In this document: piece after piece, positions 38,708 through 47,812 of the stretch
Layout of the letters: each line of letters starts with the position of its first letter
Numbering within the stretch: the stretch's first letter is position 1
NCBI GenBank assembly: GCA_965219445.1
Contig: CBDCNQ010000005.1
Span: 320,001 to 384,000, forward strand
Length of the DNA: 64,000 nt
Direction of reading: 5' to 3'
From: Longimicrobiales bacterium
GTDB taxonomy: Bacteria > Gemmatimonadota > Gemmatimonadetes > Longimicrobiales > Gaopeijiaceae
The notes under the pieces: model-generated
Databases searched by the model: none
What the model saw: only the letters and a program-made list of their open reading frames with translations
Told to the model about the DNA's origin: nothing
Program-made: the position numbers and the translations under genes

Positions 38708-39244
38708 ATGGAGGTGCGAATGAACCATGAAGACCCCCGGGCCTCGAGCACAGCCCAAGACACGACGATCGCCCCTTTGATCAGCGCAAGTCCGGTCCAG
38801 CGCCTCATATTCCGGCCACCGAGGATTGCCGTTGGCCTGTTGGTCGGGGCGGCGCTGATCGACGGGTGGCTCGACTGGCCCCGACTCCTCGACTGGCCCT
38901 GGCGTGGCGTTGGCGCCGTGGCAGTTCTCGGCGGATTGGTGCTGACCCTTTGGTCGCTCCGACTCTTCGACGATGCCGACACCACCCATCACCCGTACGG
39001 CCGGCCGGCCGCCTTCATCCGGGGCGGCCCGTACCGCTTCAGCCGTAACCCGATGTATCTGGGCGTGACGATCTTTGTTCTGGGAGTGGGTGTTCTCGTG
39101 GGTACTCCAGCGTTGACCTTCTGCTGGCTGGTCTTCGCCTGGATCATCGACCTCCGCTTCATCCCACGGGAGGAGCGCGCACTCGTGACGCAGTTCGGCG
39201 ACGACTATGAGGAGTACCGATCCCAGGTTCGGAGGTGGCTATGA
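38708..39244 (+). CDS. Isoprenylcysteine carboxylmethyltransferase/PEMT family membrane protein
   Basis: GPYRFSRNPMYLG, IPREERAL..FGDDYEEYRSQVRRWL. Confidence 0.88.
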   Translation: MEVRMNHEDPRASSTAQDTTIAPLISASPVQRLIFRPPRIAVGLLVGAALIDGWLDWPRLLDWPWRGVGAVAVLGGLVLTLWSLRLFDDADTTHHPYGRPAAFIRGGPYRFSRNPMYLGVTIFVLGVGVLVGTPALTFCWLVFAWIIDLRFIPREERALVTQFGDDYEEYRSQVRRWL

Positions 39245-39942
39245 GAGCTGACGTCGGCGGTTCTCTGACCCGCTTCGGGTGGTGGACGCTCTTTTCCGTC
39301 TGCGCCTTCTATGGAGTCTTTGCGTTTTACATGGCCGGGCTGGAGATCCTCTTCCAAATAGGCGTTGTCGAGAAGGCTGTCTTCAGAGTCACGCCGCTCG
39401 TGTTCGTTGTCCACGCGCTCTCCGGAGGGGCCGCTCTGATCAGCGGTCCTCTGCAGTTCAACGAACCGCTGCAAAGAGAGAGGCAGAGCGCCCACCGCCG
39501 GATTGGGTACGTCTACGTGGGAGCGATTCTCATCTCGAGCATCACGGCCCTCCTCCTGACGACGACTTTTGACGTAAGTCCGGCTGCGAGAGTCGCACTA
39601 GGGGTGGTTCCCCTACTATGGCTTAGCACGACGGTGATCGCGTTGTTGCGAATCCTAGAGCGTGACGTGAAGCGACATCGAGAGTGGATGGTACGAAGCC
39701 TCTCTCTAACCCTCTTCTTCGTGACATTCAGCATCTGGGTTCCCGGACTAGAGGCCGCGGCCCTGCCGGACTCCATCAGCTATCCCTTGGGCGTGTTCCT
39801 GAGTTGGAGTCTCAATCTGCTTGCTGCCGAGCTGTGGATCCGCGGGACCAAGGTAAGATGGGCTCGTCCCCTCATACCGAAGCAGAAACGAGAACTGGGT
39901 CGTCGGCACGCTGGAGTAGGACAGGTAGTGTCCGCCCAATAG
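39241..39942 (+). CDS. DUF2306-like membrane protein
   Basis: HALSGGAALISGPLQF, HRRIGYVY, HREWMVRS. Confidence 0.82.
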   Translation: MRADVGGSLTRFGWWTLFSVCAFYGVFAFYMAGLEILFQIGVVEKAVFRVTPLVFVVHALSGGAALISGPLQFNEPLQRERQSAHRRIGYVYVGAILISSITALLLTTTFDVSPAARVALGVVPLLWLSTTVIALLRILERDVKRHREWMVRSLSLTLFFVTFSIWVPGLEAAALPDSISYPLGVFLSWSLNLLAAELWIRGTKVRWARPLIPKQKRELGRRHAGVGQVVSAQ

Positions 39943-40175
39943 ACCGGCGGGCGGGGGCGAAAGCGCCGTCAGCGAGGCACTCGGTTTGCGGGATCGCCCC
40001 TCAGCCCGGTAGCCTGATCCGGCTGTTCGACTGAAACAGAAGACCGTCTCCATCCGGGATCTTCCATGACCGCGAATACCGCACGCCGGCTCAGAAGCGC
40101 CATCATAATCATGGTGGTCTGCGTCGCCAACGGGGCACAAGTTCACCTGAGGGTGAGCACGACCACGAGTCCACG

Positions 40176-41159
40176 ATGAGAGCGATTACCTACCACGCTT
40201 ACGGTTCACCCGACGTCCTCGAACTCGAGGACATCCCAAAGCCGAGCCCCAGTGACGATGAGGTCTTGATCAAGGTCCATGCGGCGACAGTGGGAACCTG
40301 GGACTGTGAATCCCGAAGTTTCACATTTCCGCTTTGGTTCTGGCTGCCCTTGCGGCTCGCCATGGGTGTCCGGAAACCGAGATGGCCGGTTCTCGGACAA
40401 GAGCTAGCCGGGGAAATCGAAGCCGTCGGCAAGGACGTAAAGGGATTCAAGAATGGCGACCAGGTTTTCGCATCGACCGGCCTGGGTTTTGGCGCTCATG
40501 CTGAATACAAGTGTCTGCCGAGCACCGGTGCGATTGCGATCAAACCCGCCAACATGAGCTATGAGGAAGCCGCCGGTATTCCGACTGGGGGGGACAACGC
40601 GCTGCACTTTCTTCGAAAGGCAGACATTCAGGGCGGAGAAAGCGTTCTCATCAATGGCGCTGGAGGAAACATCGGCGTCGTTGCGGTACAGATCGCCAAG
40701 CATTTCGGAGCTGAGGTGACTGCCGTGGACAGTACAGAGAAACTCGATATGCTACGCGCAATCGGCGCCGACCATGTCATCGATTACACGAAAGAAGACT
40801 TCACCGAGACCGGCAAAACCTACGATGTCATTCTCGACGTCGTCCCCAAGAGCTCGTTTTCTCGATGTGTCAGATCGATCAAGCCGAATGGACGCTACCT
40901 GTTGGCCAACCCGAGTTTTTTCCCGATGGTTCGAGCACTCTGGACGTCGATGACAAGCAGCAAGAAGGTCATGTTCGCGTTCGCACGCTCCAAGCAAGAG
41001 GACCTGGTCGCCCTCAAAGAACTCGTTGAGGCGGGAAAGATCCGAGCGGTCATTGATAAGCGCTTTCCGCTCGAACAAGCCGCCGAGGCTCATGCCTATG
41101 TTGATACGGGACGCAGAAAGGGAACCGTCGTCTTGACCGTTGGAGGCGGCACGATATGA
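40176..41159 (+). CDS. NAD(P)-dependent medium-chain dehydrogenase/quinone oxidoreductase family
   Basis: YGSPDVL, VLINGAGGNIG, GADHVIDYT, IDKRFPLE. Confidence 0.92.
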   Translation: MRAITYHAYGSPDVLELEDIPKPSPSDDEVLIKVHAATVGTWDCESRSFTFPLWFWLPLRLAMGVRKPRWPVLGQELAGEIEAVGKDVKGFKNGDQVFASTGLGFGAHAEYKCLPSTGAIAIKPANMSYEEAAGIPTGGDNALHFLRKADIQGGESVLINGAGGNIGVVAVQIAKHFGAEVTAVDSTEKLDMLRAIGADHVIDYTKEDFTETGKTYDVILDVVPKSSFSRCVRSIKPNGRYLLANPSFFPMVRALWTSMTSSKKVMFAFARSKQEDLVALKELVEAGKIRAVIDKRFPLEQAAEAHAYVDTGRRKGTVVLTVGGGTI

Positions 41160-41212
41160 AAGCGATTGTGCTCACAGAATATGGTTCTTCAGCCCACTGT
41201 GTCGTATCATGA
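41156..41212 (+). pseudogene. 5' stub of a second MDR paralog (MKAIVLTEYGSS...)
   Basis: ATGA overlap with the preceding gene; typical MDR start, truncated after about 12 codons. Confidence 0.6.
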
Positions 41213-41213
41213 T

Positions 41214-41248
41214 GCCGCTACCCCATCGAGCGTGAGCTGGGCGAAGGG
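41214..41248 (+). repeat. Kinase 5' stub (RYPIERELGEG)
   Basis: GCCGCTACCCCATCGAGCGTGAGCTGGGCGAAGG matches roughly kinase codons 14-25. Confidence 0.8.
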
Positions 41249-41319
41249 GTCATCGGCGAGGGAAGACACCCGATCAGATTGCAAACTGGCGTGCGTCCAA
41301 CAGACAGGGAGCCAAGACT

Positions 41320-42282
41320 ATGAAAACTAGCACCGGGCAACCGCTCTCACGACGGGCTGCTCTACGTAGCATGGGGGTCGGGATCGCCCTCATTACGAGC
41401 GTCGCAGCTGGCGGATGTGCATCGCAAGTAGACGATACGGCGCCACGGATCATTGTCTCAGGAGCCTCCGGTCAGGTCGGTGGCCTGGTAGTGGAGGCGC
41501 TGCTTGCTCGCGGAGTTCAACCCGCAGACCTCATCCTGGTGAGCCGAACGCCCGAGCGACTCGAACGATACGCAGAACTCGGGGCCAGCACCCGGTTTGG
41601 CGACTTCCTCCAACCCGAATCCCTGGAGACGGCCTACGAGGGCGGTGACCGGATGCTCCTGATCAGCCTCAACAGCAGCAACCCCGATCCACGAGTACCG
41701 GCGCAGCGTGTCGAGCTTCAGCAGACCGCGATCGACGTGGCCCTCGAGGCCGGGGTAGAGCACATCGTCTATACCTCAATCGTGGACGCTGACAACAGCG
41801 TGTCCCCGATTGCGGTATGGCACCGAGCGACGGAGGCAGACCTGCGGGAGAGCGGGGTCACTTGGACGGCGCTCAGGAACCAGTGGTATGCAGACGGACT
41901 CGTGACCCAGGCCGCTCGCATGGTTGAGGACCGTCGCGTGGTGGTGCTCCCGGACGATCCTGGGACCGCGTTCGTGACCCGCGAGGACTGTGCTGTTGCG
42001 GCAGCCGTTGCGCTCATGACGCCTGGCCACGAAAACCGAGTTTATGAGATCACTGGTCCGGCATTGGTCCGAATGCGCGACGTCGCCGCGATTGCCAGCG
42101 AGATCAGCGGTATCGAAATCGAGGTGATCGAGGCGGGGCCAGAGGACGAGGTTCGGGCACCTCGGCCTTCTGGAACCACCCTGTCAACTCACTTCAGGGA
42201 CCTCACTGGAGAGCCTGGCACGACAGCCCGAGACTTGTTGGAGGCGAACCGAGATGTGCTTCTGGAGGCCCGTGGGGGGTGA
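41320..42282 (+). CDS. NmrA/QorB-like NAD(P)H-binding protein with Tat/lipoprotein signal
   Basis: SRRAAL...AAGGC leader; IIVSGASGQVG, GVEHIVYTS, WTALRNQWY, VTREDCA. Confidence 0.88.
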   Translation: MKTSTGQPLSRRAALRSMGVGIALITSVAAGGCASQVDDTAPRIIVSGASGQVGGLVVEALLARGVQPADLILVSRTPERLERYAELGASTRFGDFLQPESLETAYEGGDRMLLISLNSSNPDPRVPAQRVELQQTAIDVALEAGVEHIVYTSIVDADNSVSPIAVWHRATEADLRESGVTWTALRNQWYADGLVTQAARMVEDRRVVVLPDDPGTAFVTREDCAVAAAVALMTPGHENRVYEITGPALVRMRDVAAIASEISGIEIEVIEAGPEDEVRAPRPSGTTLSTHFRDLTGEPGTTARDLLEANRDVLLEARGG

Positions 42283-42491
42283 GAGCCGGTGAAGTTTCCT
42301 GTTCAGTCGTTGAGCTCCCCGACGAACTCCTCCACGGAATCGGCTGGTGTCCGATGCTCGGGAGAGTCTAGAGACTGAACGCGCCCGTTGTCGAGAGCGG
42401 TTTTGAATTGACAGTCTTCTGGCTCACGACGACGTTGCCTCGCCGGGGGCGCCGCCCCAGCGGGACGACCGATCTCTAGGCGAGCGCGTCG

Positions 42492-43682
42492 ATGACGGAG
42501 AAGGAACCACATCAGAGTCCTGACGCTGGATCGGACGGCCGGGACACCCTGCCCCTGGAAGGAACTCTCGTGGTGGCCCTGGAGCAGGCTGTGGCCGCCC
42601 CCTTCGCCACCCGGAAGCTCGCGGACGCAGGCGCCCGGGTCATCAAGGTGGAACGAGCCGGCGGTGACTTCGCGCGGCGCTACGACGACGTGGCACGAGG
42701 CCAGAGCGCGTATTTCGTCTGGCTGAATCGGGGCAAGGAATCACTGGTCCTGGACATCAAGGATTCCGAGGACGCGGGCCTCCTGGCCCGAATCCTGGCC
42801 CGGGCCGACGTCTACATACAGAACCTGGGCCCGGGAGCGGCCACCCGGGCCGGCTTCGGCTCCGGAGCGCTGCGGGAACGACACCCGCGCCTCGTCACCT
42901 GCGACATCAGCGGCTACGGAGAAGAAGGTCCCTACGCCGAAATGAAGGCGTACGACAACCTGGTCCAGGGCGAGGCTGGCATCCATGGGGTCACCGGACA
43001 ACCAGACGCTCCGGCGAAGGTGGGGATCTCGATCTGCGACATCGGCGCTGGCATGTATGCCTACGGCTCCATCCTGGAGGCCCTTCTGCTCCGGGAGCGC
43101 ACCGGCCGGGGAGCGGGACTCGAGGTGTCTCTCTTCTCGGCCATGGGCGATTGGATGAGCGTGCCGTACCTCCACGCCGTCTACGGCGGGGAGGGTCCGA
43201 AGCGGATGGGCCTGAGCCATGCCTCCATCGCACCGTACGGAGCCTTCGCTTCCCGCGACGGTGAGCTGGTGTTGCTCTCGATCCAGAACGAACGGGAGTG
43301 GGAGCGCTTCAGCAAAGAGGTGCTCCAGCGACCCGGGATGGCGGAGGATCACCGTTTCCGGACCGGGGTGGACCGGGTGCGGAACCGTCCGGCGCTTCGC
43401 GAGGCGATCGAAGAGGTCTTCTCCTCCCTGACGACCGTCGAAGTCGTTGATCGCCTGCACGGTGCCCGGATCGCGTACGGCCGCCTCAACTCGGTGGAGG
43501 AGTTCGCCAGACATCCCCAGCTCCGGGTGCTGGAGATCGAGAGTCCCGGGGGGGCGATCGCGCTCCCGGCCGACCCGGTGCTCTGGAGCAGCGTCTGTGG
43601 ACGCCGGCAGCCGAGGGTTCCGGACATAGGCGAGCATTCCAATGCGATTCGAGATGAGTTCCGGGAGCAGAAGAAGGGATGA
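42492..43682 (+). CDS. CaiB/BaiF class III CoA-transferase
   Basis: LEQAVAAPFATRKLADAGARVIKVER, WLNRGKES, KAYDNLVQGE, ICDIGAG. Confidence 0.95.
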   Translation: MTEKEPHQSPDAGSDGRDTLPLEGTLVVALEQAVAAPFATRKLADAGARVIKVERAGGDFARRYDDVARGQSAYFVWLNRGKESLVLDIKDSEDAGLLARILARADVYIQNLGPGAATRAGFGSGALRERHPRLVTCDISGYGEEGPYAEMKAYDNLVQGEAGIHGVTGQPDAPAKVGISICDIGAGMYAYGSILEALLLRERTGRGAGLEVSLFSAMGDWMSVPYLHAVYGGEGPKRMGLSHASIAPYGAFASRDGELVLLSIQNEREWERFSKEVLQRPGMAEDHRFRTGVDRVRNRPALREAIEEVFSSLTTVEVVDRLHGARIAYGRLNSVEEFARHPQLRVLEIESPGGAIALPADPVLWSSVCGRRQPRVPDIGEHSNAIRDEFREQKKG

Positions 43683-45118
43683 GAGTTCCTCCCTCGAGCG
43701 AGGAGCCGGCGATGCCCACCGTGCGGACCGGAAGGCTCGTAGCCGCGGCTCTCGTGGGTCTGGGGCTGTGGCTCCTTCCCGTGCCGGTCGGTGTCGAGCC
43801 AGGGGCGTGGAAGCTCCTGGCCATCTTCGTCGCCACCATCGTCGGAATCATCCTACGTCCCCTTCCCATGGGAGCGGTGGCTCTGGTGGCGACCGGGGTG
43901 GCGGTCCTGTCCCGCACTCTCACGATCGAGGAAGCCACAGCCGGCTTCGGAGCTCCAATCGTGTGGCTGGTGGTGGCCGCCTTCTTCATTGCCACAACCT
44001 TCATCCACACCGGTCTCGGCATCCGGATCGCGTATCACTTCATGCGGGTTCTGGGAAAGCATACTCTGGGCCTGGGCTATGGACTCGTGGCCACCGACCT
44101 GGTGCTTGCGCCGGCGATTCCGAGCAACACGGCCCGGGCCGGGGGAGTGGTCTTCCCGATCCTGCAGTCACTCTGCGCCTCGCTTCGAGCCGATTCCTCG
44201 TCGGACGCCCCGGGAGGCGTCGCCGGCTTCCTGACCTTCACGGCCTATCAGGGGACGTGCGTGACCAGCGCCATGTTCTTGACGGCCATGGTGGCGAATC
44301 CTTTGGCCGTGGAGCTGGCGGCGCAGCAGGGAGTCGAGATCACCTGGACCGGATGGGCCCTGGCCGCTTCACTCCCGGGGCTCGTCAGCCTGGTCCTCGT
44401 TCCGCTCTTGATCTACTCCCTCTATCCCGTGGAGACCAGGGAGACCCCGGAGGCGCCGGAGCTGGCGCGAAGGTACCTCCGCGAGATGGGTCCCATGGCC
44501 CGGAACGAGCGGATTCTCCTTGGTGTGTTCGTACTGCTCCTGGGCCTCTGGATCTTCGGCTCCACCCTCGGCATCGCCACCACGACAGCCGCCCTCGTCG
44601 GTGTGGGGGTGCTGCTTGTAACCGGAGCCCTACCGTGGGAAAAGGTGCTGCGCGAGAAGAGCGCCTGGGATACCCTGATCTGGTTCGCCGTGCTCGTGAT
44701 GATGGCGAGTCAGCTGGGTGAGCGGGGGTTGGTGGATTGGTTCAGCGAGCACGTGGCTTCGGTGATCGGAGGAGAGCGCTGGCTGCCCGCCTTTCTCGTC
44801 CTCTCCCTCATCTACTTCTACAGCCACTACTTCTTCGCCAGCAACACGGCTCATGTGAGTGCCATGTACGCGCCGTTCCTCGCCGTCGCCCTCGCCGTCG
44901 GCACCCCTCCGCTCTTCGCAGCCCTGGTGCTCGCTTACTTTAGCAACCTGTTCGCCTCGATGACGCACTACGGGACGGCTCCAGCTCCAATCTTCTTCGG
45001 ATCGGGAAGCGTAGAGGTCGGGACCTGGTGGAAGCTGGGAGCACTGATCAGCCTCGTGAACATCGCCATCTGGCTCGGGATCGGGAGCCTCTGGTGGAAG
45101 GCGCTCGGGATCTGGTGA
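43679..45118 (+). CDS. DASS family anion permease (CitT/TtdT-like)
   Basis: PLPMGAV, PAIPSNTARAGG, TSAMFLTAMVANP, HYFFASNTAH, THYGTAPAP. Confidence 0.95.
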   Translation: MRVPPSSEEPAMPTVRTGRLVAAALVGLGLWLLPVPVGVEPGAWKLLAIFVATIVGIILRPLPMGAVALVATGVAVLSRTLTIEEATAGFGAPIVWLVVAAFFIATTFIHTGLGIRIAYHFMRVLGKHTLGLGYGLVATDLVLAPAIPSNTARAGGVVFPILQSLCASLRADSSSDAPGGVAGFLTFTAYQGTCVTSAMFLTAMVANPLAVELAAQQGVEITWTGWALAASLPGLVSLVLVPLLIYSLYPVETRETPEAPELARRYLREMGPMARNERILLGVFVLLLGLWIFGSTLGIATTTAALVGVGVLLVTGALPWEKVLREKSAWDTLIWFAVLVMMASQLGERGLVDWFSEHVASVIGGERWLPAFLVLSLIYFYSHYFFASNTAHVSAMYAPFLAVALAVGTPPLFAALVLAYFSNLFASMTHYGTAPAPIFFGSGSVEVGTWWKLGALISLVNIAIWLGIGSLWWKALGIW

Positions 45119-45156
45119 CCGCGACGGCGTTCCGACCGAGGCCGATTCCGACCGGG

Positions 45157-46017
45157 TCAAGACGACGGCTCTTCGGCGTCGCAGAGGATCCGCTCGGCCA
45201 TCAGGATGAGCGGGCGATCGATCATCTGGCCGTCGAGCGCGACCGCCGACCCCCTCGAGCTCGCGACCGCATCCAGAACCCGTTTCGCCCAATCGATCTC
45301 CTCCTGGCTCGGTCGGAAGCAGTCGTTCACGGGACCGATCTGGTTCGGGTGGATGCACAGCGTTCCACCGAAGCCGAGGCGTCGACCGCGACGGGTGTGG
45401 GCGCGCAGCCCCTCCTCGTCGTCGATTTCCGTCCAGACGCCGTCCACCGGCGGCTGAATACCCGCTAGGCGCGACACCAGGACCAGGTGCGAGCGAAAGG
45501 TGAGAAGCTCCTCGCCGTCGCCCTCTATGCCCAGGTCGTGCTGGAAGTCCAAGGAGCCGAACACGAGTCGCTGTACGCTCGGCTCGTGAGCGATCTCCAT
45601 GGCCCGGTGCATCCCCATCGCCGATTCGATCATGGGAAGGACCGGGACCTCCGGTCCGGTCCGTTCCCCGACGCGGCGTACCTCTTCGACGACCTCGACC
45701 TTGGGAAGGACCACCGCGGAAACCCCCGAAAGGCTGGCGAGCGCGAGGTCTTCCTGAAACCACTCGGACCCGGCGGCGTTGATGCGCAGCAGCACCGGGT
45801 GGGAGGAATCGAGCCACGCGCCGGCGGCCTCTCGGGCTCGTCCTTTGTCGCCGGGTCCGACGGCATCCTCCAGGTCGACGATGACCGCGTGCGCCTCCGA
45901 AGCGTACGCCTTCTCGTACAGATCCGGGCGGTTTCCGGGGACGAAGAGGAAGGAGCGGGCAATCGGCTGCACGAAAGAGCGCGTCGGCGTGCCTTCGGAT
46001 GGTTCGGGCGGCTCCAC
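45157..46017 (-). CDS. CitE-like/HpcH acyl-CoA lyase (start uncertain: 46017 or 45972)
   Basis: RSFLFVPGNRP, IVDLEDAV, PMIESA, FGSLDF, CIHPNQI, GQMIDRP. Confidence 0.92.
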   Translation of the reverse strand: MEPPEPSEGTPTRSFVQPIARSFLFVPGNRPDLYEKAYASEAHAVIVDLEDAVGPGDKGRAREAAGAWLDSSHPVLLRINAAGSEWFQEDLALASLSGVSAVVLPKVEVVEEVRRVGERTGPEVPVLPMIESAMGMHRAMEIAHEPSVQRLVFGSLDFQHDLGIEGDGEELLTFRSHLVLVSRLAGIQPPVDGVWTEIDDEEGLRAHTRRGRRLGFGGTLCIHPNQIGPVNDCFRPSQEEIDWAKRVLDAVASSRGSAVALDGQMIDRPLILMAERILCDAEEPSS

Positions 46018-46022
46018 CGGGC

Positions 46023-47549
46023 TCAGCCGGTGGGCCCGGAGAGCTGCACGAGCCGCTGGCGCCACCGGGCGGGGGCCGTCTCGTGCACCGAGGAGCCGTT
46101 CGCGTCCACCGCGACAGTCACTGGCATGTTCTCCACCTCGAACTCGTAGATCGCCTCCATTCCCAGCTCTGGAAAGGCCACGAGGCGCGAGGAGCGAATC
46201 GCCTTCGAGACCAGGTAGGCCGCGCCGCCGACGGCGACGAGGTACACGGCCCCGTGTCTCCGGATGGCCTCGACGGCGGTGGGGCCGCGCTCGCCCTTCC
46301 CGATCATCCCGAGCAGGCCGGTCGTCTCCAGCATGATCTCGGTGAACTTGTCCATGCGGGTCGCGGTCGTGGGACCGGCGGGGCCCACGACCTCGTCTCG
46401 CACGGGATCCACGGGTCCGACGTAGTAGATGAACCGGTCGGTGAAGTCGACTCCCGGGGGAAGGTCCTCCCCCCGGGCGAGCAGGTCGACGATCCGCTTG
46501 TGAGCGGCGTCACGCCCCGTCAGAATCCTGCCCGAGATGAGGAGCATGTCGCCGGCCTTCCAGTCGACCATCTCGGCGCGCGTCACGCCGTCGAGGTGCA
46601 CCGGGCGGGCCGTGGGCGCAGGTGCCCACTCGACCTCCGGCCAGTCCGCTGGATCGACGGGCGGGAGCTCGGCTGGCCCCGTGCCGTCCAGGACGAAGTG
46701 GGCGTGCCGCGTGGCCGCGCAGTTGGGAATGATGGCGACGGGAAGCGAGCCGGCGTGCGTGGGGTGGTCGCGGATCTTCACATCGAGCACAGTGGTCAGG
46801 CCACCCAAGCCCTGCGCCCCGATTCCGAGGGCGTTGACCCTGTCGTGGATCTCGACGCGCAGCTCCTCGAGCCGGTTCCGGGGACCCCGCTCCTTCAGCT
46901 CGTGCATGTCGATGGGGTCCAGCGCCGCCTCCTTCGCGAGGAGCATCGCCTTCTCGGCGCTCCCACCGACGCCGATCCCGAGGATCCCCGGCGGGCACCA
47001 GCCAGCCCCCATTTCCGGGACCACCTTCAGGACCCACTCGACCACGTCGTCGCTGGGGTTCAGGGTCGTGAACTTGGCCTTGTTCTCCGAGCCGGCACCC
47101 TTCGCCGCCACCTTCACCTCCACCGTGGAGCCCGGAACGAGCTCGACGTGGACGATCGCGGGCGTATTGTCGCCCGTATTGCCCCGCCTCCCCAGCGGAT
47201 CGGCGACCACAGAGGGCCGTAGAACGTTTTCCGGGTCGAGGTAGGCGCGCCGAACCGCTTCATTCACCATCTGCTCCACGCTTCCCGCGCCTTCCCACGC
47301 TACCCCCATCCCGATCTTCAGGAAGACCACCACGAGTCCCGTGTCCTGACAGACGGGCCGGTGTCCCTCGGCGCACATGCGTGAGTTGGTCAGGATCTGT
47401 GCGATGGCGTCCCGGGCGGCCGGCGACTCCTCACGCAGATACGCCTCGCCGAGCGCCCGGATGTAGTCACGGGGGTGGTAGTAGGAGATGTGCTGGAGGG
47501 CGTCGGCGACGCTGCCGATGAAGTCGTCCTCTCGGATCTTCACGCTCAT
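46023..47549 (-). CDS. Class I (Fe-S) fumarate hydratase
   Basis: PVCQDTG, AAKGAGSENK, GWCPPG, PNCAATRH, GRDAAHKR, GPTTATRMDK. Confidence 0.95.
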   Translation of the reverse strand: MSVKIREDDFIGSVADALQHISYYHPRDYIRALGEAYLREESPAARDAIAQILTNSRMCAEGHRPVCQDTGLVVVFLKIGMGVAWEGAGSVEQMVNEAVRRAYLDPENVLRPSVVADPLGRRGNTGDNTPAIVHVELVPGSTVEVKVAAKGAGSENKAKFTTLNPSDDVVEWVLKVVPEMGAGWCPPGILGIGVGGSAEKAMLLAKEAALDPIDMHELKERGPRNRLEELRVEIHDRVNALGIGAQGLGGLTTVLDVKIRDHPTHAGSLPVAIIPNCAATRHAHFVLDGTGPAELPPVDPADWPEVEWAPAPTARPVHLDGVTRAEMVDWKAGDMLLISGRILTGRDAAHKRIVDLLARGEDLPPGVDFTDRFIYYVGPVDPVRDEVVGPAGPTTATRMDKFTEIMLETTGLLGMIGKGERGPTAVEAIRRHGAVYLVAVGGAAYLVSKAIRSSRLVAFPELGMEAIYEFEVENMPVTVAVDANGSSVHETAPARWRQRLVQLSGPTG

Positions 47550-47701
47550 TGCACCTCTCCGGCCCGGGTCCTCAATGCTGTCCTCACAACGACGTCGCCC
47601 CGATATGGTCCCGCGACGGACCCAGGGTGGCTTTTACCGGAGCGGCGTCGGCGACCTTATCTATATAAACGAGTATCCGAAGTGGCCAGCACAGAGAGCG
47701 C

Positions 47702-47812
47702 TTGCGCCTAACGGCCTGCTCTCGGATGTTGACCTCGGTCTGATCTTCCCATGCCGAGGACATCACTGTGTACGACCCCGTCACCCGCCTGAACGCTGCC
47801 CGGGAGGCATAG
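47702..47812 (+). repeat. Promoter element TTGCGC-N17-GATGTT plus kinase stub VYDPVTRLNAAREA* (47768-47812)
   Basis: Matches 9769 and 23498; the stub stop abuts the ATG of kinase 3. Confidence 0.85.
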
